From the IMG/VR virus record IMGVR_UViG_3300048609_000030: a DNA stretch of 20,000 bases. One strand, given 5' to 3'. The notes under the pieces are model-generated. The model saw only the letters and a list, made by a program, of their open reading frames with translations. It did not search any database and had not been told where the DNA came from. The position numbers were made by a program, and so were the translations under genes. This DNA comes from an uncultured virus (IMG/VR IMGVR_UViG_3300048609_000030) (taxonomy: Duplodnaviria > Heunggongvirae > Uroviricota > Caudoviricetes). This document shows positions 16,963 to 20,000 of this stretch, piece by piece (within the stretch, counting starts at the first letter, position 1; every line of letters begins with the position of its first letter).

Positions 16963-17193
16963 TTAGCCTTCTAGTTCTTGGTCCAACTCTGCTAGTGCCG
17001 CGGGCCTGCTTGGCGCCGCTGCTACAAACACGTTTCCGAGTTGGTCCCAGATCCACCACGTACCACCCGACACATCGACTAGCAAGGACTCAGCTTTTAC
17101 GCGTTTCTCTGCGCGGCGTACTGCCCACTTGTGCTGTTGGCAATAGGGGTAGGATTTCGTTTTCGTGCCGCACACTTTGCAGTAGTAGCTCAT
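16963..17193 (-). CDS. Small Zn-finger protein
   Basis: CKVC-x9-CQQH. It starts immediately after the thioredoxin stop codon. Confidence 0.6.
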   Translation of the reverse strand: MSYYCKVCGTKTKSYPYCQQHKWAVRRAEKRVKAESLLVDVSGGTWWIWDQLGNVFVAAAPSRPAALAELDQELEG

Positions 17194-17194
17194 G

Positions 17195-17512
17195 TTAACG
17201 TCCGTTCAAGTGGACGCGGTAAGCAACATCCATCAACGTCTTGATGCCGTGATCGTCGATCGCACCTTCTTCCTTCAACATACCAGGACCGTGGCGGGCC
17301 ACGATAGTCGTAGGAGTGGCTTCGACACCCCACCGATCAGCCAAGCTTTGTATCCGTTGATCCTCAGAAGCAGCGTCGTAGACGAGTACAGGTACACCAG
17401 CTTGGGCGTAAGGTGCGGCTACCCGTTGAAACCGCGGTAGGTACTCTTCACACGCAGGGCAGCCACTCATCAAAAACACAACGACTACGACTGGTGGTTG
17501 GGGCGAGTTCAT
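17195..17512 (-). CDS. Thioredoxin-like protein
   Basis: VVVFLMSGCPAC…LADRWGVEATPT (CxxC plus cis-Pro motif). Start at the internal ATG 17512. Confidence 0.85.
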   Translation of the reverse strand: MNSPQPPVVVVVFLMSGCPACEEYLPRFQRVAAPYAQAGVPVLVYDAASEDQRIQSLADRWGVEATPTTIVARHGPGMLKEEGAIDDHGIKTLMDVAYRVHLNGR

Positions 17513-17553
17513 GGTCTTGATGCTACAACGTTTTCTGCTATTGCGCCAAGTGG

Positions 17554-17946
17554 TTAGTTCTTGTGCCTTTGAAACAACAGCGTCGCAGTGAAAACGCCAA
17601 CAGCGGCCATTCCGAATCCGACGCCGGCAACCCACTGCCACGTTTTGATCTTGGGCGTTGCGTAAGCGCGAACAGCGTCGGCGGTTTTCTGATCCCAAAG
17701 CTGCACGATCTTCGTGTAGATCAAGGCCTGCTCAGCACTAGGCGTTTTGGCAGCTTTCAGGATCTCGCCAGCGCGCTTCAAGTCGCCCGCTTGGACAGCT
17801 CCGAAGACACATCCAGCGACTAGATCGAGGCGGTCTTCGCCAGTGTCCTTCACAAACTGTGTGATGTTGAGGCAGCGGGTCTCTGTGACCGGAATTTTGT
17901 CGCTTTCTTTAACGAGAGCACCAAAACCATAAGTTGCTGTCAGCAT
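17554..17946 (-). CDS. C-terminally anchored membrane protein
   Basis: RBS GAAAGGT, leader MLTATYGFG, then PKIKTWQW + TM + QRHKN. Confidence 0.7.
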   Translation of the reverse strand: MLTATYGFGALVKESDKIPVTETRCLNITQFVKDTGEDRLDLVAGCVFGAVQAGDLKRAGEILKAAKTPSAEQALIYTKIVQLWDQKTADAVRAYATPKIKTWQWVAGVGFGMAAVGVFTATLLFQRHKN

Positions 17947-17973
17947 CACAACCTTCTTTCTACTGCTTGTGTG

Positions 17974-18228
17974 TCACCTTCGAGGACGGCGACAGATTGA
18001 CGGACCAAATTGGTGCTCGAAGAGGGCGTCAGTCGCGATACGATCCATCACATATAGATTGTCGAGTGCTGTGGTGTTCTGTGCACGCCGCGCCTGCCGC
18101 TCTTGTTTCTGGATTGCTAGTTGCTGTCTGCGCAACTGGTTCAAAGGGCGCTGTGCAAGATGGCATACAATAGCGCGGTATTGAGGCTCGGTGATCTTGG
18201 TCAAGTCTTTTGGTAACGCCTTCTTCAT
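17974..18228 (-). CDS. Basic coiled-coil hypothetical protein
   Basis: RBS AGGT, 84 aa, first gene of the minus-strand unit. Confidence 0.6.
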   Translation of the reverse strand: MKKALPKDLTKITEPQYRAIVCHLAQRPLNQLRRQQLAIQKQERQARRAQNTTALDNLYVMDRIATDALFEHQFGPSICRRPRR

Positions 18229-18301
18229 GACTGCACCTACTTAGTAGCCTATCACACATCTGACTAAGACCGCAGTGGACAAACAAAAGTTGAATATCGA
18301 C

Positions 18302-18330
18302 TTGACGAGTGTAGTCAACCCACGTAACGT
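18302..18330 (+). promoter_or_regulatory. Sigma70-like promoter of the tRNA cluster
   Basis: TTGACG-17-TAACGT, ending 7 nt before the first tRNA. Confidence 0.65.
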
Positions 18331-18337
18331 AGACTTC

Positions 18338-18409
18338 TGCGGAGTGGAGAAGTAGTAACTCGCGAGCCTCATAAGCTCGAAATCCTGGGTGCAATTCCCA
18401 GCTCCGCCA
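18338..18409 (+). tRNA. tRNA-Met(CAT), initiator-like
   Basis: Acceptor TGCGGAG/CTCCGCC with a 1:72 mismatch and A11:U24. Anticodon arm CGAGC-CTCATAA-GCTCG. T arm CTGGG-TGCAATT-CCCAG. Confidence 0.85.
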
Positions 18410-18418
18410 CCGAGACAA

Positions 18419-18633
18419 GAACATCAACATGTTGTGTTTAGCGAGACATATGCAGCCAACAGCGTCAACGTGGCGCCAAGGAGCATATGTGTTTGCGAAA
18501 CCGTCGAGTGTCTTGGGTTGCAACGAGCCGATTACCTCCCTACCCAAGGCACTCAACGACCACGGGAGGGCTTCAATCTAGGCAGGTAGCAACATAGCCA
18601 GATTGAAGCCACCTAGACCAGGTGGCTTCTTTC
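18419..18633 (+). ncRNA. Candidate unknown structured RNA
   Basis: A series of hairpins and a possible pseudoknot between two tRNAs, with no convincing ORF (see findings). Confidence 0.45.
18605..18633 (+). terminator. Terminator-like hairpin
   Basis: GAAGCCACCT-AGACC-AGGTGGCTTC followed by TTTCGTT. Confidence 0.55.
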
Positions 18634-18638
18634 GTTAA

Positions 18639-18720
18639 GGGGACGTGACCGACTGGGAAGGTACCCGACTGTAAATCGGAGGTCGTCTTGCACGAGGTGG
18701 TTCGACTCCATCCGTCCCCA
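18639..18720 (+). tRNA. tRNA-Tyr(GTA)
   Basis: Acceptor GGGGACG/CGTCCCC, anticodon loop CTGTAAA, long variable arm, GGTTCGACTCC T arm. Confidence 0.92.
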
Positions 18721-18727
18721 CAATGAC

Positions 18728-18801
18728 GGGTCGGTAACTCAATTGGTTAGAGTATCTGCCTTTTAAGCAGAAAGTTGCGGGTTCGAGGCCCGCCCGACCT
18801 A
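18728..18801 (+). tRNA. tRNA-Lys(TTT)
   Basis: Acceptor GGGTCGG/CCGACCT, anticodon arm TCTGC-CTTTTAA-GCAGA, T arm GCGGG-TTCGAGG-CCCGC. Confidence 0.93.
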
Positions 18802-18812
18802 CAAGGTGGTAA

Positions 18813-18998
18813 ATGCGCAAAGAGATTTCCATAAGCAGCAAACAGCTTCTACGGACACGAGACATGGCGGGCTACGATCACGAACGCGGCAAAGTAGGCT
18901 GGGCGCATTGGCGTGCTCGTAAGAAACAAGCAACGGCGCAATACCGCCGAAGATGGTTGGACAGGAAAGCAATCACAGCCAGTGCTGATGGGGTGTAG
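18813..18998 (+). CDS. Small basic hypothetical protein between tRNAs
   Basis: AAGGTGGT RBS-like sequence. 61 aa, Arg-rich, with the last 10 nt overlapping tRNA-Gln. Confidence 0.45.
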   Translation: MRKEISISSKQLLRTRDMAGYDHERGKVGWAHWRARKKQATAQYRRRWLDRKAITASADGV

Positions 18999-19061
18999 CG
19001 TAACAGGCAACGCGCTCGACTCTGGATCGAGAGATTGAAGGTTCAACTCCTTCCACCTCAA
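18989..19061 (+). tRNA. tRNA-Gln(CTG)
   Basis: Acceptor TGGGGTG/CACCTCA, anticodon arm CTCGA-CTCTGGA-TCGAG, T arm GAAGG-TTCAACT-CCTTC. Confidence 0.9.
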
Positions 19062-19122
19062 CGAGAAGTTCTCTGAAAAGTGAATAGAAGACAAAGGACG
19101 CGGGGTTCGAGTCCCCGCAACT

Positions 19123-19195
19123 GTCACTCAAGCTAACCAAGTGGAAGCGGCGGCCTGAAAAGTCGCAGGGCTCGGAGCGTTACCGAGGAGTGACA
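19123..19195 (+). tRNA. Atypical tRNA-Phe(GAA)
   Basis: Acceptor GTCACTC/GAGTGAC, anticodon arm GCGGC-CTGAAAA-GTCGC, T arm CTCGG-AGCGTTA-CCGAG (non-canonical loop), and A at position 8. Confidence 0.75.
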
Positions 19196-19215
19196 CTGTA
19201 TGTTATATTGAGTTC

Positions 19216-19701
19216 GTGAAAACAAAGCAAATTTATGTAAGAGGCAGCCAACTTCCGGCTCTCGTAGACACAGAAGATTACGCACGTGTCGCTATTTACA
19301 CGTGGCGACTTCAAACCAAGAAAAGCGGTGCTGTATATGTTGTTAGCGATTATCGCGACGGTGCTAAAACACATAAGCGGTTGCTTCACCGCGAAGTTCT
19401 TCGAGTGCCGTCAGCGGTTCTTATAGATCATAAAGATAGAAACGGCCTTAATAATACCAAGGCTAATTTGCGGGTAGCAACAGCATCTCAGAATCTACAC
19501 AACCGTCCAGGGCATAAAAATAGCACCTCAAAGTTCAAAGGGGTTTCGTGGAGCAACGAAAGAAATAGGTGGTGTGCTCAAATCATGGTAAATGGTAGGA
19601 CTTACCGGCTTGGGAAGTTCATTTCTGAGGTTGCAGCGGCTAAAGCGTATGATGCTGCCGCTAAAGCGTTAATTGGAGAGTTTGCGTATTACAATTTTTA
19701 G
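19216..19701 (+). CDS. HNH-AP2 homing endonuclease
   Basis: IDHKDRNGLNNTKANLRVATASQN (HNH_3) followed by SKFKGVSW…WCAQI…LGKF.SEVAAAKAYD (AP2). Confidence 0.93.
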   Translation: MKTKQIYVRGSQLPALVDTEDYARVAIYTWRLQTKKSGAVYVVSDYRDGAKTHKRLLHREVLRVPSAVLIDHKDRNGLNNTKANLRVATASQNLHNRPGHKNSTSKFKGVSWSNERNRWCAQIMVNGRTYRLGKFISEVAAAKAYDAAAKALIGEFAYYNF

Positions 19702-20000
19702 GGCGCGTTACGGTTTCGACGTGGGTGAGAAAGAGTTAGACTGCGTGTCGAGGTTGGTCGCGTGGCCTCGTATAAAAGGCGACCAAACTACAAGTGCCAA
19801 CGACAACGTTGACCTTGCTCCGCTTCGGGCTGCTGCCTGAACGGTCGGGTTCCGAGAACCTAGGAACAGAATCTCGGTGGTAGAAGGCGCTGGTTTCGAC
19901 CAGCTCTAACGTACTTGGAGATGGCTAAAATGCTTGCGATGTCAGAAGGCGTTGAGCAAGCTACACACGTAGATGTCTGATCTGAGTATTACTTGCGGAC
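19701..20000 (+). ncRNA. ssrA: tmRNA, 3' end beyond the window
   Basis: 5' GGGCGCGTTACGGTTTCGAC, tag ORF at 19796-19840 (ANDNVDLAPLRAAA*), and the window ends at …GCGGAC just before the expected T arm. Confidence 0.92.

Noticed and set aside
18029..18589. ORFs 18029..18556(-) and 18389..18589(+)
   Set aside because: They overlap tRNA-Met, its promoter and the structured RNA, with no protein-like features.
1..20000. Stop-codon reassignment or suppressor tRNA
   Set aside because: Genes are intact in the standard code with all three stops in use, and no tRNA has a CTA, TTA or TCA anticodon.

Overview
This window looks like part of a large bacterial virus (or provirus) genome. It has no recognisable head-tail modules (terminase, portal, tail, baseplate). 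Instead it carries putative beta-jelly-roll capsid proteins (1066-1773, and a frameshifted gene at 7415-7902) and a long run of membrane-anchored proteins. These share short N-terminal leaders ending in [LF]G and a C-terminal P-x-[YW]-K...W + transmembrane + basic tail. Accessory genes include an amino-DNA methyltransferase, a double LAGLIDADG endonuclease, an M23 peptidase, a HExxH lipoprotein, a holin-like gene, DUF2442/DUF4160-like genes, a DUF5661-like protein and a thioredoxin. The right end is an RNA island: five tRNAs (Met, Tyr, Lys, Gln, atypical Phe), a candidate novel structured RNA, an HNH-AP2 endonuclease and a tmRNA. The tmRNA tag ANDNVDLAPLRAAA resembles myxobacterial tags. The working hypothesis is a large tailless, internal-membrane, single-jelly-roll virus of Myxococcota or related deltaproteobacteria. 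All family calls come from motif recognition by eye, not database searches.
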